In this document: positions 1-9,200 of the stretch, in pieces
Layout: every line of letters starts with the position of its first letter
Position numbering within the stretch: the stretch's first letter is position 1
Source of the DNA: a virus
Taxonomy: Duplodnaviria > Caudoviricetes
Virus record (IMG/VR): IMGVR_UViG_3300031260_000049
Span: 1-35,937 of that record
Direction: 5' to 3' (one strand)
Length of the DNA stretch: 35,937 nt
The notes under the pieces: model-generated
Database searches by the model: none
Told to the model about the DNA's origin: nothing
Seen by the model: only the letters and a program-made list of their open reading frames with translations
Position numbers and translations under genes: made by a program

Positions 1-216
1 CGCATGCCGCGTCTGGATGGTCTCGAAACGACCCGCCGCATACGTCGCCGGGAACAGGTCCTCGGTATTCCTGCTCTGCCCATTGTCGGAATGACCGCCC
101 ATGCCGCCGCGCAGGATCGGGCGCTGTGTCTGGAGTCGGGGATGGACGATCATCTGAGCAAGCCCCTCGGTTCGGACCGACTTTACAGCGTGATCGAAAA
201 ATATCTGGTCCGTTAG
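1..216 (+). CDS. 3' end of host response-regulator receiver domain (probably C-terminus of a hybrid histidine kinase), 5'-truncated by window
   Basis: [14 protein letters not shown]...PIVGMTAHA...[13 protein letters not shown] is the C-terminal half of a CheY-like REC domain; frame open to window edge. Confidence 0.85.
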   Translation, partial: RMPRLDGLETTRRIRRREQVLGIPALPIVGMTAHAAAQDRALCLESGMDDHLSKPLGSDRLYSVIEKYLVR

Positions 217-288
217 GTGTTCGCGGGCGTTCCGGGAGCGGATGATCAGCGGTGATGGAAAAATTTTTTCGGTCTGTTTTTTTCAGGC

Positions 289-317
289 TTGACAAGTTTT
301 TTTCGAACAGGTATAAA
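289..317 (+). promoter_or_regulatory. sigma70 promoter for tRNA-Asn
   Basis: TTGACA (289-294), 17 bp spacer, TATAAA (312-317), T-rich upstream tract. Confidence 0.7.
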
Positions 318-362
318 CACAACTCACTTCGGCAAGGTTTTCTTTTTTGGCCGGAGATACAT

Positions 363-438
363 TCCCTGGTAGCTCAGTAGGTAGAGCAGGTGGCTGTTAA
401 CCACCCTGTCGCTGGTTCGAGTCCGGCCCGGGGAGCCA
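363..438 (+). tRNA. trnN: tRNA-Asn (GTT)
   Basis: 76 nt cloverleaf: acceptor TCCCTGG/CCGGGGA, anticodon arm GGTGG-CTGTTAA-CCACC, GGTTCGAGTCC T-arm, encoded CCA. Confidence 0.97.
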
Positions 439-445
439 AAAATTC

Positions 446-482
446 AAGAGGATCGCGGTCATCGCCGCGATCCTCTTTTTTT
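446..482 (+). terminator. Rho-independent terminator of tRNA-Asn
   Basis: 13-bp perfect stem AAGAGGATCGCGG/CCGCGATCCTCTT with 6-nt loop, followed by T run. Confidence 0.9.
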
Positions 483-522
483 ATTCTGTCTTTTGGCCTT
501 TGCCCGAAATTGCTTATTCTGC

Positions 523-605
523 TGTAACGCGCCGCGCGATTTGGCACCGCTTGCCGTTGGTTTTGGCACCACTGCACAGTGATGCTTTTCACCTCTTTTC
601 TGGCA
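523..605. repeat. Probable prophage end (attR equivalent) with transposase-binding repeats
   Basis: TGT at 523; TTTGGCACC at 540-548 and 562-570 (22-bp period, as for Mu R1/R2); degenerate TCTGGCA at 599-605. Confidence 0.6.
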
Positions 606-609
606 TTAT

Positions 610-1425
610 TTAAACGCCGAAAAGTCCCTCCTGATATCCCCTCGGCTTGGGTACTCCATCCGGCCATGTGCCGTAAATCAATTCGACGCAATCGCTCTGC
701 TTAGCACCTCCGCCGACCGTATATTGATAGTCAACTTCCACCACTGGCAAATCCCTGAACAGAGACCGGATATCCGGATGATCATTGATGCTGATGACCA
801 TTTGGCCTTTGATGGTTTTTGCCAATCCGGCCAGGGCTTCATATTGTTCCCACCCGAAACCTACCCCGTAGCCTTCGGTCTGCCAGTAGGGAGGGTCGCA
901 GTAAAAGAGCGTGTGGGGCCGGTCGTACTTTAGCACCACATCTTGCCAATCGAGATGCTCGATGGTGGTGTTGGCCAGACGGAAATGGGCATCTGCCAGA
1001 TCTTGCTCCAGGGTGAAAATATTGAAGCGCGGCCGGCTGGTGGTAGCCGTGCCGAAGCTCTGGCCCTCGACTTTGCCGCCGAAAGCGAGCTTTTGCAGAT
1101 AGAGGAAACGGGCGGCCCGCTGCACGTCGGTCAGGGTTTGCGGCGGTGTTACCTGCAGCCATTCCCAATTTTGGCGACTTGTTAAAGCCCATTTGAACTG
1201 TTTATAAAGCTCCTCCAAATGGTGCTTTACAACCCGGTAAAGGTTTACCAGCTCGCCATGGACATCGTTAAGCACCTCGACTTCGGAGGGCTGCTTTATA
1301 AAAAACAGTGCCGCAGCGCCGCAAAACGGTTCGACATAACATTTGTGCTGCGGGAAAAGGGGAAGGATATGATCGGCGAGTTTCCGTTTGCCGCCGATCC
1401 ACGGAATTATCGGTTTACTGGACAT
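610..1425 (-). CDS. D12-class N6-adenine DNA methyltransferase (Dam-like), at the Mu mom position
   Basis: PWIGGK, YVEPFCGAA (motif I), NDVH, FYCDPPY (motif IV); last gene of prophage. Confidence 0.93.
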   Translation of the reverse strand: MSSKPIIPWIGGKRKLADHILPLFPQHKCYVEPFCGAAALFFIKQPSEVEVLNDVHGELVNLYRVVKHHLEELYKQFKWALTSRQNWEWLQVTPPQTLTDVQRAARFLYLQKLAFGGKVEGQSFGTATTSRPRFNIFTLEQDLADAHFRLANTTIEHLDWQDVVLKYDRPHTLFYCDPPYWQTEGYGVGFGWEQYEALAGLAKTIKGQMVISINDHPDIRSLFRDLPVVEVDYQYTVGGGAKQSDCVELIYGTWPDGVPKPRGYQEGLFGV

Positions 1426-1440
1426 TATGAGCCTCTATTA

Positions 1441-1590
1441 TTGTCTGGTGGTATCCGGTTGTGATAGGCTCTTCCCGCCGTGACGTCGCGGTGAGGGAGC
1501 CTTCGGTCTGGCTCACAGTTCCTAGTACTGTGGTTCGGGCGGTCGGGCGGTGTTCCAGCACCGTCCGACCGCTCCCTCTCTTTTCTTTTT
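1441..1590 (+). ncRNA. Structured RNA upstream of the methyltransferase, resembling the D12-methyl RNA motif; predicted plus-strand transcript antisense to the dam leader
   Basis: TTGTCT-18-TAGGCT with extended TG; hairpins GGCTCTTC..GAGGGAGCC, CACAG..CTGTG and a long stem 1537-1574 followed by a pyrimidine/T run; genomic context matches the motif. Confidence 0.6.
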
Positions 1591-1644
1591 ATCCCTTACC
1601 CAAAAACACTCCTTCCCCCTACCTGAATCTCTGTTATTAACATC

Positions 1645-1673
1645 TTGTTATTTTGTTTAAAAGTTCTTATGAT
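1645..1673 (+). promoter_or_regulatory. sigma70 promoter of moron gene
   Basis: TTGTTA (1645-1650), 17 bp spacer, TATGAT (1668-1673) in an AT-rich tract. Confidence 0.55.
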
Positions 1674-1703
1674 TGCCCTCAAACTTTTTCAGAGGAGGGC
1701 GTT

Positions 1704-2201
1704 ATGGCTATGATCAAGTGTCCGTTATGCGGGAAAAGTATTTCGGATAGATCGCCGACCTGTCCATTCTGTTCTGAGCAAGGTCGGGCAAATGGTAAAA
1801 GTGGCCTAAAACTCAACGCGAAGACGAAATCATCCGGCAGCAGGCAAACAACGATTCTCATTGTCTGCCTTTTTGCGGTTCTCACAGCCTACTTCGTTTC
1901 CCAATATACTATCCACCGGCCGGCGGAAAACATCGTTCAGGAAGAGCAGAACCCCACCCCGGATATGGCATACCTTGCCAGCCAAAAATATGTTACAGAA
2001 AGACTTAAATCCCCGGCATCGGCGATATTTCCTACATATCCGGAATATGCGTTGTTTGCAGATAACGGAAATTTCTCGGTCAGAGCTTATGTCGATTCAC
2101 AAAATGGCTTTGGCGCTCTCATTCGGACTTATTACCGCTGCGAACTATCCTGGAGCCCCTCCAGATACTGGCAATTGGAAACAATCGAGTTTCTACAATA
2201 A
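1704..2201 (+). CDS. Moron: zinc-ribbon, single-TM membrane protein with periplasmic domain
   Basis: SD GAGGAGG before ATG 1704; CPLC-x10-CPFC, TM TILIVCLFAVLTAYFV, LKSPASAIFP..VDSQNGFGA; AT-rich, opposite strand to phage genes. Confidence 0.8.
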   Translation: MAMIKCPLCGKSISDRSPTCPFCSEQGRANGKSGLKLNAKTKSSGSRQTTILIVCLFAVLTAYFVSQYTIHRPAENIVQEEQNPTPDMAYLASQKYVTERLKSPASAIFPTYPEYALFADNGNFSVRAYVDSQNGFGALIRTYYRCELSWSPSRYWQLETIEFLQ

Positions 2202-2221
2202 ATTACCATCCCCTGGCACCG

Positions 2222-2446
2222 CTAAACCTCAAACTCATACGCCGTCAGATCCGGTGCTTCGCCTTTGATCCAGCCACCCTGCACATAGGCCGTCAGGCCG
2301 ACGGCTACGGTCTGGCCTTTGACCAGGGCCCGGCCGCCGCCGGGGAATTGTACCGTGCTGGTGCCGTCGCTGTTGTGGGCATTTACTGTTGCCACCAGCA
2401 GAGGTTCTTTGGGTAACAGGTCCCGAAAGCGTTTCCATAAATTCAT
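2222..2446 (-). CDS. Small tail-associated protein
   Basis: Last gene of tail operon, closely coupled to upstream ORF; MNLWKRF..GTSTV..EV type protein. Confidence 0.7.
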   Translation of the reverse strand: MNLWKRFRDLLPKEPLLVATVNAHNSDGTSTVQFPGGGRALVKGQTVAVGLTAYVQGGWIKGEAPDLTAYEFEV

Positions 2447-2447
2447 A

Positions 2448-4577
2448 TCAGCTCCCGTGATAGCGCAGTACGTCGATGGCCTGGTTGACGGCCGGGCGGG
2501 CTGCGGCGATATTTGTGCGGATGACCTGTCCGCGCCAGGTCTCGTCCGTGTCCTGCACTTCGATGATGGCGCCCGGTGCGAGCAGGCCAGGGTTGTCGAG
2601 CAGTGGCAGATTCAGGCTCTCGATCGAGCGCGCGCCGCTGTCGGCTAGGATTTTTTTGCCGATGGCGAGGCCGGGTTCGGTGGCGGTGATCAGTGGGTGG
2701 ACTTGCTGCCCGGCGAGGCGGCTGCCGTCGCTGCCGGTGCGGCGGACAAAACAAGTGACGCCTTGCTGTTGGCCCCGGCAGTAGACGCCGGTGTAGGCCG
2801 GGCGTGGTTCAAAGCGGCCACGTCGCCCGTCGATCATGGCGGCGGGGACGACGGCATCGACTGCGACTCCTCCCCAGTTCCATGGCATGGCGGTATACCA
2901 GGGCTGGATGAGCAGTTGCTGGTTTGCCGGATGCGACTGCACCACGCCTCCGGCGGCCGCGGCGATCTGTGCGATGGCCTGGATGGGGGTTTGTCCCTGG
3001 TAGCTCCAGACGCCACCGGGTACCAGCCATTCGGGCAGGGACCAGACGATGGAAAAACCTGTGTCGGTAAGCTCGTCTTCGGCGAGCTGTTGGGCGGTGC
3101 GCTGTTGGGTCTGGATGAGATCGCGCGGCGTGCTGTACGGATCGGCCAGGTAGGCGGACAGGCTGCGTCCGGTGGCGGTGTAGGCGCGCTGGCCCCAGCG
3201 GATCTCCTCGCCGTATTCCTCGATGGCGAAGCGCCAGCTCAAGCCGTTGATGGTGGCTTCCACTTCGACCGGTGCGCCGCCGGATGGGCGTACCAGATCG
3301 AGGTCGGTTTTACGCACCAGGGTGGCGCTCAGACTCCAGGCCCAACTGTCGCGATCGGTGCCGACAGAGAGGCTTTCCACGGGGATCGGTACGCCGTCGG
3401 CGAGACGGATGAGGCTGACGGTATTCATGACAAAGTAAACCTTCCGGATGTTTGGCCGGGCGATATTCCACGACCGGGGCTTGTACCAATACGGATCTTT
3501 GGGGCCGTTCCAGGTGCCGTCATAGCAGTGTCGCGGGTAGTTGCTGCTCAGATCGGCGAAGATCAGTGCATCCCCTGCCGGCAGCAGGTAGCCGCTGACG
3601 GCGTCGAACAGGATCTGATCGCCCCTTGGGGGATCGTAGCGGTTAACGCACCAGCGCGGGTACCAGTTCGGCCCGCTGACGATGGGGACAAACACATCTT
3701 TAGCGGGCGGGGCGCTGTAAGCTGCGGCGGTGTGCCGGGCCAGATTTTCGAGGCCGTCCCACAGCAGTTGTCTGGTCGTGTCGTTGGACTCCGGGTAGCA
3801 GTACCCGGCCAGCAGTTGTCGCAGCCTCGGTGCAATCACCCCGCCCCAGGGTATCTCAAAGCGCTCGCGGTTTTTGATGGCCGGATGGGCGTAGCGCATA
3901 CCGGCATCGTGTTTAACTTGGCGCTTAAGATCGCCCCATGGGGCTGTGGCCTGCCGGTTAGATGCCGGGATAGCGGCCCATGGTTGGGTGGCGGCACGCT
4001 CGGTGCGTTGTTGCTCTCCCCACGGTACAGCTGTGCGCGGCTCGATGGGCGGTGCCTGCCGGTGCGGGTGGCCGGTGCTGTGCTCGATGCGGGCGCCGTC
4101 CGTCCAGCGGGCGCGATAGCTGCCACCAAAAGGCGCCGGGATATACCAGGTTGGTGCCGTCTCGGCGGTGGCTGTCAGTGGCAGCTCGATCGTAGCGGCG
4201 GCTTGCGTAACCAGCATGGCCGATGCGGCGGCTGTTACGGCCATGTCGACCGTCGCGGCGACGGAGAGCACCCCGCCCATCGACGCGGACGCCTGTACCC
4301 CCATATCGACGGTGGCCGTGGCCTGGTGTACGGGACGCGCATCGGCGCTTACCGCGATACCGAGATCAACGACGGCCGCGATCTCTATCGGTCCGTCGAC
4401 CGCCGGCGGCCCGGGCGCACCGAACACGATGCCGTCACCGGCCGGAGGCACATAGACCACCGACCGGAAGGCGAATAGTATCGCCCCACCGTCCGGAGCA
4501 TAGCCGAAGGTTATGGCATCTCCCGGCGGTGCGCTATATACCGGCTGCGAAGCCGCCGGAAAGAGGAAGTCAGGCAT
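2448..4577 (-). CDS. Tail tip / baseplate-hub-like virion protein with internal repeats
   Basis: 709 aa, phage-like codon usage, position in tail operon; repeated YxxPxGDxIxF motif; C-terminal half resembles a hub protein. Confidence 0.7.
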   Translation of the reverse strand: MPDFLFPAASQPVYSAPPGDAITFGYAPDGGAILFAFRSVVYVPPAGDGIVFGAPGPPAVDGPIEIAAVVDLGIAVSADARPVHQATATVDMGVQASASMGGVLSVAATVDMAVTAAASAMLVTQAAATIELPLTATAETAPTWYIPAPFGGSYRARWTDGARIEHSTGHPHRQAPPIEPRTAVPWGEQQRTERAATQPWAAIPASNRQATAPWGDLKRQVKHDAGMRYAHPAIKNRERFEIPWGGVIAPRLRQLLAGYCYPESNDTTRQLLWDGLENLARHTAAAYSAPPAKDVFVPIVSGPNWYPRWCVNRYDPPRGDQILFDAVSGYLLPAGDALIFADLSSNYPRHCYDGTWNGPKDPYWYKPRSWNIARPNIRKVYFVMNTVSLIRLADGVPIPVESLSVGTDRDSWAWSLSATLVRKTDLDLVRPSGGAPVEVEATINGLSWRFAIEEYGEEIRWGQRAYTATGRSLSAYLADPYSTPRDLIQTQQRTAQQLAEDELTDTGFSIVWSLPEWLVPGGVWSYQGQTPIQAIAQIAAAAGGVVQSHPANQQLLIQPWYTAMPWNWGGVAVDAVVPAAMIDGRRGRFEPRPAYTGVYCRGQQQGVTCFVRRTGSDGSRLAGQQVHPLITATEPGLAIGKKILADSGARSIESLNLPLLDNPGLLAPGAIIEVQDTDETWRGQVIRTNIAAARPAVNQAIDVLRYHGS

Positions 4578-4980
4578 CGTTCATCTTAAAGACCAGCGCG
4601 CCGGGCTGAAACATCACGGCAGCACCGCCGGCGCTGACCGTCTTGGCCGCGGCCAGCGCCGCCCATGGTAGCAGGTTGCCACCGGTTTGCGCGTCGTACA
4701 GGGCGACACCCGTCAATGTGCCCCAGTCGTTGACCGGTTCCGGAAACAATATTGAGCCGGCATTGACATGGGCTCCGTCGGCTTCCCGGGGGATCCAGAT
4801 CGTATCGTCAGGCCCGACGGCCAGTCGGGCGTAATCGGCAGCCGACACCTCGACCAATCCTCCCGCATCGGTCGGCAATGCCGTGAGCAGCGCCAGCCAG
4901 AGTTCCGCCGGTTTGGTCCAGGTCGCCGAGCGTAGCAAATGGCCGAGCACCTGTTGTTCGAGATATTCCGATGTGGCCAT
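4570..4980 (-). CDS. Minor tail / tail-fibre-associated protein
   Basis: SEYLE..LALLTA.P...YAR...WGTLTGVALYDAQTGGNLL pattern typical of phage minor tail proteins; SD AGGAG. Confidence 0.75.
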   Translation of the reverse strand: MATSEYLEQQVLGHLLRSATWTKPAELWLALLTALPTDAGGLVEVSAADYARLAVGPDDTIWIPREADGAHVNAGSILFPEPVNDWGTLTGVALYDAQTGGNLLPWAALAAAKTVSAGGAAVMFQPGALVFKMNDA

Positions 4981-4989
4981 AAGAGCTCC

Positions 4990-5313
4990 TTATGTTTGCG
5001 GCGGTAGGCCGGCGTCGTCGACCTGGTAGACACGATCATAGACCAGGGCGTTGCCGTACTCCGTGTCACGGTCGTCAAAACAGGTGATGATATAGGGGTG
5101 CGCCAGGTCCTGCACCGGTAGATGCCGGAAAGCAAACAGGCCATCGGCCCCGGTCACTGTGCTGATGACGTAATCGCCGGTACGTCTGTAGCGCACCTCT
5201 ACACGCCTCTGTACCGGCTGTCCGTCGAGCAGGGTTTGCCCTTCGAGGCGGTGTGGGCGATCGGCATAGGCTGCGCCGGTTGTCTGACCCCATGCAGAGT
5301 TCAATATGCCCAT
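4990..5313 (-). CDS. Small beta-rich tail-associated protein
   Basis: ATG at 5313 overlaps upstream TGA (TGATG); VTGADGLFAF motif typical of carboxypeptidase-regulatory/Ig-like folds. Confidence 0.65.
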   Translation of the reverse strand: MGILNSAWGQTTGAAYADRPHRLEGQTLLDGQPVQRRVEVRYRRTGDYVISTVTGADGLFAFRHLPVQDLAHPYIITCFDDRDTEYGNALVYDRVYQVDDAGLPPQT

Positions 5314-6233
5314 CAGTCCCAACTCCCGGTGATATCGGTGAGCAGTTGCCCGTTATAAAGCACATTCGATGACGGGCGAAAATCCAGGGCCAACAGAATT
5401 CTGTCGATATCGACTATCTCCGTGCCGTGCCCTACCGGAAACCCCGCCAGGGGTTGATAAATGCCTCTCAACTTCCCACGTACCAAATATTTCGATCCTT
5501 CCTCGGCATACGCACAGGAGATCGCCGCCGGTACATAAATAAAATTCTGCCCCGGCAATGCCGAGATATCGGTGTAGTTATTTCCTCCACCCGGCGGGCC
5601 GGAGTTTCCCATGGCCACAAGGCTTGTGCCTGCCCCCATAGTTCCTGCTATGGATTTATGCACTTTAAATTTTGTATTCGTCCCCACATTTGCCATATAG
5701 GAGAGGTGACACCAAACATTACCGTACGGCAGGTAACTTGACGTATCATGCCCGGCGAGGAAAGAATTATACGGGTCGTTTGTCACCGTCGAATCATATT
5801 CACCAAAACCATGAGGGATCATCCCATAGCGACTACTCAACCAGACATAAACGGTACGTTTATCCGCGATAACCCACCAGGCCTGCGAATAGGTCACATC
5901 GAACCATTTGCCAAAATATGCCTCACCCCACAGCCCGGCCCCCGTCGCCACATCCGACATCGACTCAAAAGCGCGGATCTTCGCCACATCGGCATCGCTC
6001 TGCGTATCATCGATCTGAAAGAACTGCCGTGCCCCTTCGAGTGCGCGGAAGCAGGCGATATTGCCGATCTCGGCAAAGGGCTCTTCCCACCCCGCCGGGG
6101 CCTTGTAGTCCTCGCCGGTGCCGTAGCCGGTCACCAGGCAGGCCCGCAGCAGCGCGGCCATGGAGCCCCGCGTGCTGGACGGGTGCGCCGGTGCGCCGGA
6201 GTCGGTCGATTTATAAACGCGCACGGTACTCAT
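5313..6233 (-). CDS. Putative receptor-binding / tail fibre-like protein
   Basis: N-terminus YKSTDSGAP...LLRACLVTGYG...PAGW typical of this virion protein family; AT-richer C-terminal part. Confidence 0.7.
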   Translation of the reverse strand: MSTVRVYKSTDSGAPAHPSSTRGSMAALLRACLVTGYGTGEDYKAPAGWEEPFAEIGNIACFRALEGARQFFQIDDTQSDADVAKIRAFESMSDVATGAGLWGEAYFGKWFDVTYSQAWWVIADKRTVYVWLSSRYGMIPHGFGEYDSTVTNDPYNSFLAGHDTSSYLPYGNVWCHLSYMANVGTNTKFKVHKSIAGTMGAGTSLVAMGNSGPPGGGNNYTDISALPGQNFIYVPAAISCAYAEEGSKYLVRGKLRGIYQPLAGFPVGHGTEIVDIDRILLALDFRPSSNVLYNGQLLTDITGSWD

Positions 6234-9200
6234 CAGTTAGCATCTCCCCTGATCTGCAGAGTAAAGTTGTCGGTCGGCTCCTCCACGGGGCCGGGCATGG
6301 TGGTGCGGGCCAGCCACATGGGGGCATTGGCCGCCGAGGTGTCAAAGCGCAGGCAGTTGCCGGCCGCCCAGCCGGTACCCCAGCCGTGATAATCGATGGT
6401 GAAATACGGCACCTCCGTGGCCGGGTTGATCGGCGCCACGTTGCTGGAGGTGGTGCCGCTTGCGATCACGCCGAGCTGCTCGCCGATCACGTCGAAGGCC
6501 GTCGCGGAGGTAAACTTGATGCACCACCGCTGCGCGATGGCCCCGCGGTTGGTCACGGCGATCGGATAGTGCAGGCTGTCGTATTTGGCGGTGGTGTCGT
6601 CGCCGCTGCGGGTGTTCTGCCAGATCCCGTCCCAGGTTTTCTGGGTAAACTGCCGCACGATGCGCGCCGCCAGATCGCTGAAAATCAGCGCACCGGAGAC
6701 CTGGGTTTCGTCGGCCGGGTAATCGTGGGTGATCGGCCCGACGGTGCGGATCAGGCCGTTGATCTGTGCCTCGCTGATCAGCACCATGTCCTCGATGCGG
6801 TGGGCGGCCACCAGCGGCTGCACATAGGCGGAGAGGTCGAGCGGGTCGGCCATCGTTACCGCGCCGGCGGTCAGATCCACGGTGTAAAGCACCTCGTCGA
6901 CCAACGTGCCGGACTGGTCGCGCAACTCCACCAGACTGAGGTTAGACCGATCGAGGGCGATCTGCTGCCCGGCGGTCAGATTGTCCTGCAGCAGCTGATC
7001 GGCGGTGTGATGGATGACCGCCACGTCGCCATCGCGCAGGATCGGCACCCGCCCGTCGATGGGCAGACGTACCGGCTCAATGCCGATCAGGTCGGCGTCC
7101 AGCGGCAGATAGCTGTAGACCACGCCGTTATACAGGGCGGTGTCGGCCAGCACGCCGTATGGGCACCAGATCTGCCCGTCCTGCACCAGGTCGGCATCGT
7201 ACCAGGGCTCAGCCTCGTTGCCGGCGGCGGTGACCAGCTCGCCGAAAAACAACCGCACCACGCCGACAGCGGTGTCGATGGTCCCCTCCAGCCGGTCGGC
7301 GCTAAGGATTCCATCGGTGCCCGCCGTGGCGGAGAGCAGCGTGCCGTCCGGCAGGTTGGCCCGCACCGACAGCGAGCCGTCGCGCACCGGCGCGCCCGGC
7401 AGGCGGAAGATCCCGGCCGTCGGGGTGTTGCCGCCGCTGCGGGTGAGCAGGGTCAGCAGGGTGACGTCGGTGCTTGCTAACTGCGGATAGGTATCGAGGG
7501 TCGCGATACCGGTTTCGTAATTGATCGATCCGGCCGGAGTGCCGGCACCGGTGGCGTCGTCGCGGTCGCGGTAGAGGGCGCCGGCCAGGTCGTAATAGAG
7601 CGATCCGGCCAGGGCAAACAACACCGACCCGGACACGATCGGTTCGACGGTGCCCGGGGTCAGATCGATCTCCAAAGTACCGGCGTCGAGACTGTCCGTC
7701 GCGTCGGTCCAGTCGGCGGCAACGTCTTGCTGATAGGTGACGATCACGGCGGCCGGCGGCGTCTGCGAGGCGCTGACGGCGGTGCGCACCCCCATGTAGG
7801 ACGTCGACCCGAGCGCGCCGAAATTGCCGCCGGTTTTGTACGATACCGTCGACCATTTGTCGTATTGATAATCGGCGCAGGCCACCATCGTCACTGCGCC
7901 GGTGGCGTAGTCGATGGTTCCGGTCGCGCCGATCAGGCTGCCGGAGCCGTCGTCATGTGCCCGCTTGGTGAGGGTGCGGGTGTTGATCTGTCCCGAGGCC
8001 AAAACCTCCTTGACCTGCTCGACGGCCCATTCGAGGCTCACGCTTCCCGGGCGCAGCGGCGCGTTCGGAATCGTAAAACTGACCTGCTGACCGTTGACGG
8101 TCAGATCCATAACCGTGGCGCTGTCGGCCAGGTCCTTGCGGTAGGTAATGTCAAACACCTCGCCGGAGGACGGGATGACCGACGGCGTAAAGCGTATCTT
8201 GCCGGCGCCGTAGCTTATCGTGCCGACGGCGTCGCCGCTCAGGGTGCCCGCGCCGGTATCGGTCGCGGTATAGGCACCGCTGCCCCAGGTAATGGCGATG
8301 CTGCCGGGCTCGATGCCGGTATCGGGCAGATCGTGCTCGATGATGACGTCGTCGCCGTCGATGGCGCCGGGACGTGCCGTGGCTTCGATGCCGGTGCCCC
8401 AGGTGATGATGATGGAGGAGTCGACATCGGGCAGCGCGCCGACCGTAAGCACCATCGAGCCGGTGGCGTAATCGATGGTGCCGGTGCCGATACCGCTCTC
8501 CGTGCCGACCAGCTCGCCGCGGCCGTTATCCTTGAGGCGGTACCAGTTGCCAAGAGCCATGTAATCGACCGTCAGAGTACCGGGCGCCGGGACCGGTTTG
8601 AGGTTTGGGGTGTAGTTCCAGCTGCGATTGCTGATCTCGATCAGAATCTCCAGACTCTGCTGCGCTTCGGTGACGGCTGCCGCCGGGGTGGCGGTAAGGG
8701 TGACGGCCTGGCTCCAGGTGCCGGAGCCGGTCAAAGTAATGCGGCCGGCCGCGTAATCGATGCTGCCTCCGTAGCCGCCGGCGTCCACCAGGGCGACCAG
8801 ATCGCCGTCCTTGTCGATAAAATCGTGTCCGTCGATCGTCAGGGCCAGAGAGCCGGGCAAAAGGCCCGAGCGCAGATGGATCACGGCATTGTCGCTGCCG
8901 CGCACGCCGGACCATACCAGGCTATCGGCCGCGCCGGAGGCGACCATGCTGGTGCCGCTGCCAAAAATAAGCTGATCGACCACGGCGGTCTCCACCTGGC
9001 TGGTCGGCACAAGCTGATTATAGATGCTATCGACCTGCAGGGTCATGGCGCCGCTGTTGGCAGGCTCCGTCAGGCGCGACACGCCGAAATAGCGCGCCGC
9101 ATCGGCCACGGCGGTGGCATGCACGCGGGTGGTGGCGGTGCCGACGTAGGGGGTCGGGTCCACACCCGGGAAGGTGTATTGCAGGGCGGCGCTCAGTTCG

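Noticed and set aside
363-522. tRNA-Asn as an integrase attachment site
   Set aside because: No integrase and no duplicated tRNA 3' end seen in the window; the tRNA terminator is intact; the element encodes MuA/MuB and has a TG terminus.
540-575. sigma54 promoter (TGGCAC boxes)
   Set aside because: GG-N10-GC spacing is not met; the 22-bp period fits transposase sites better.
374-691. 105-aa minus-strand ORF
   Set aside because: It runs antisense through the tRNA, terminator and phage end; LAPRAGLEPAT is the usual tRNA shadow translation.
2222-6233. Diversity-generating retroelement or invertible tail-fibre segment
   Set aside because: No reverse transcriptase, no TR/VR repeat pair, no serine invertase or flanking inverted repeats seen.
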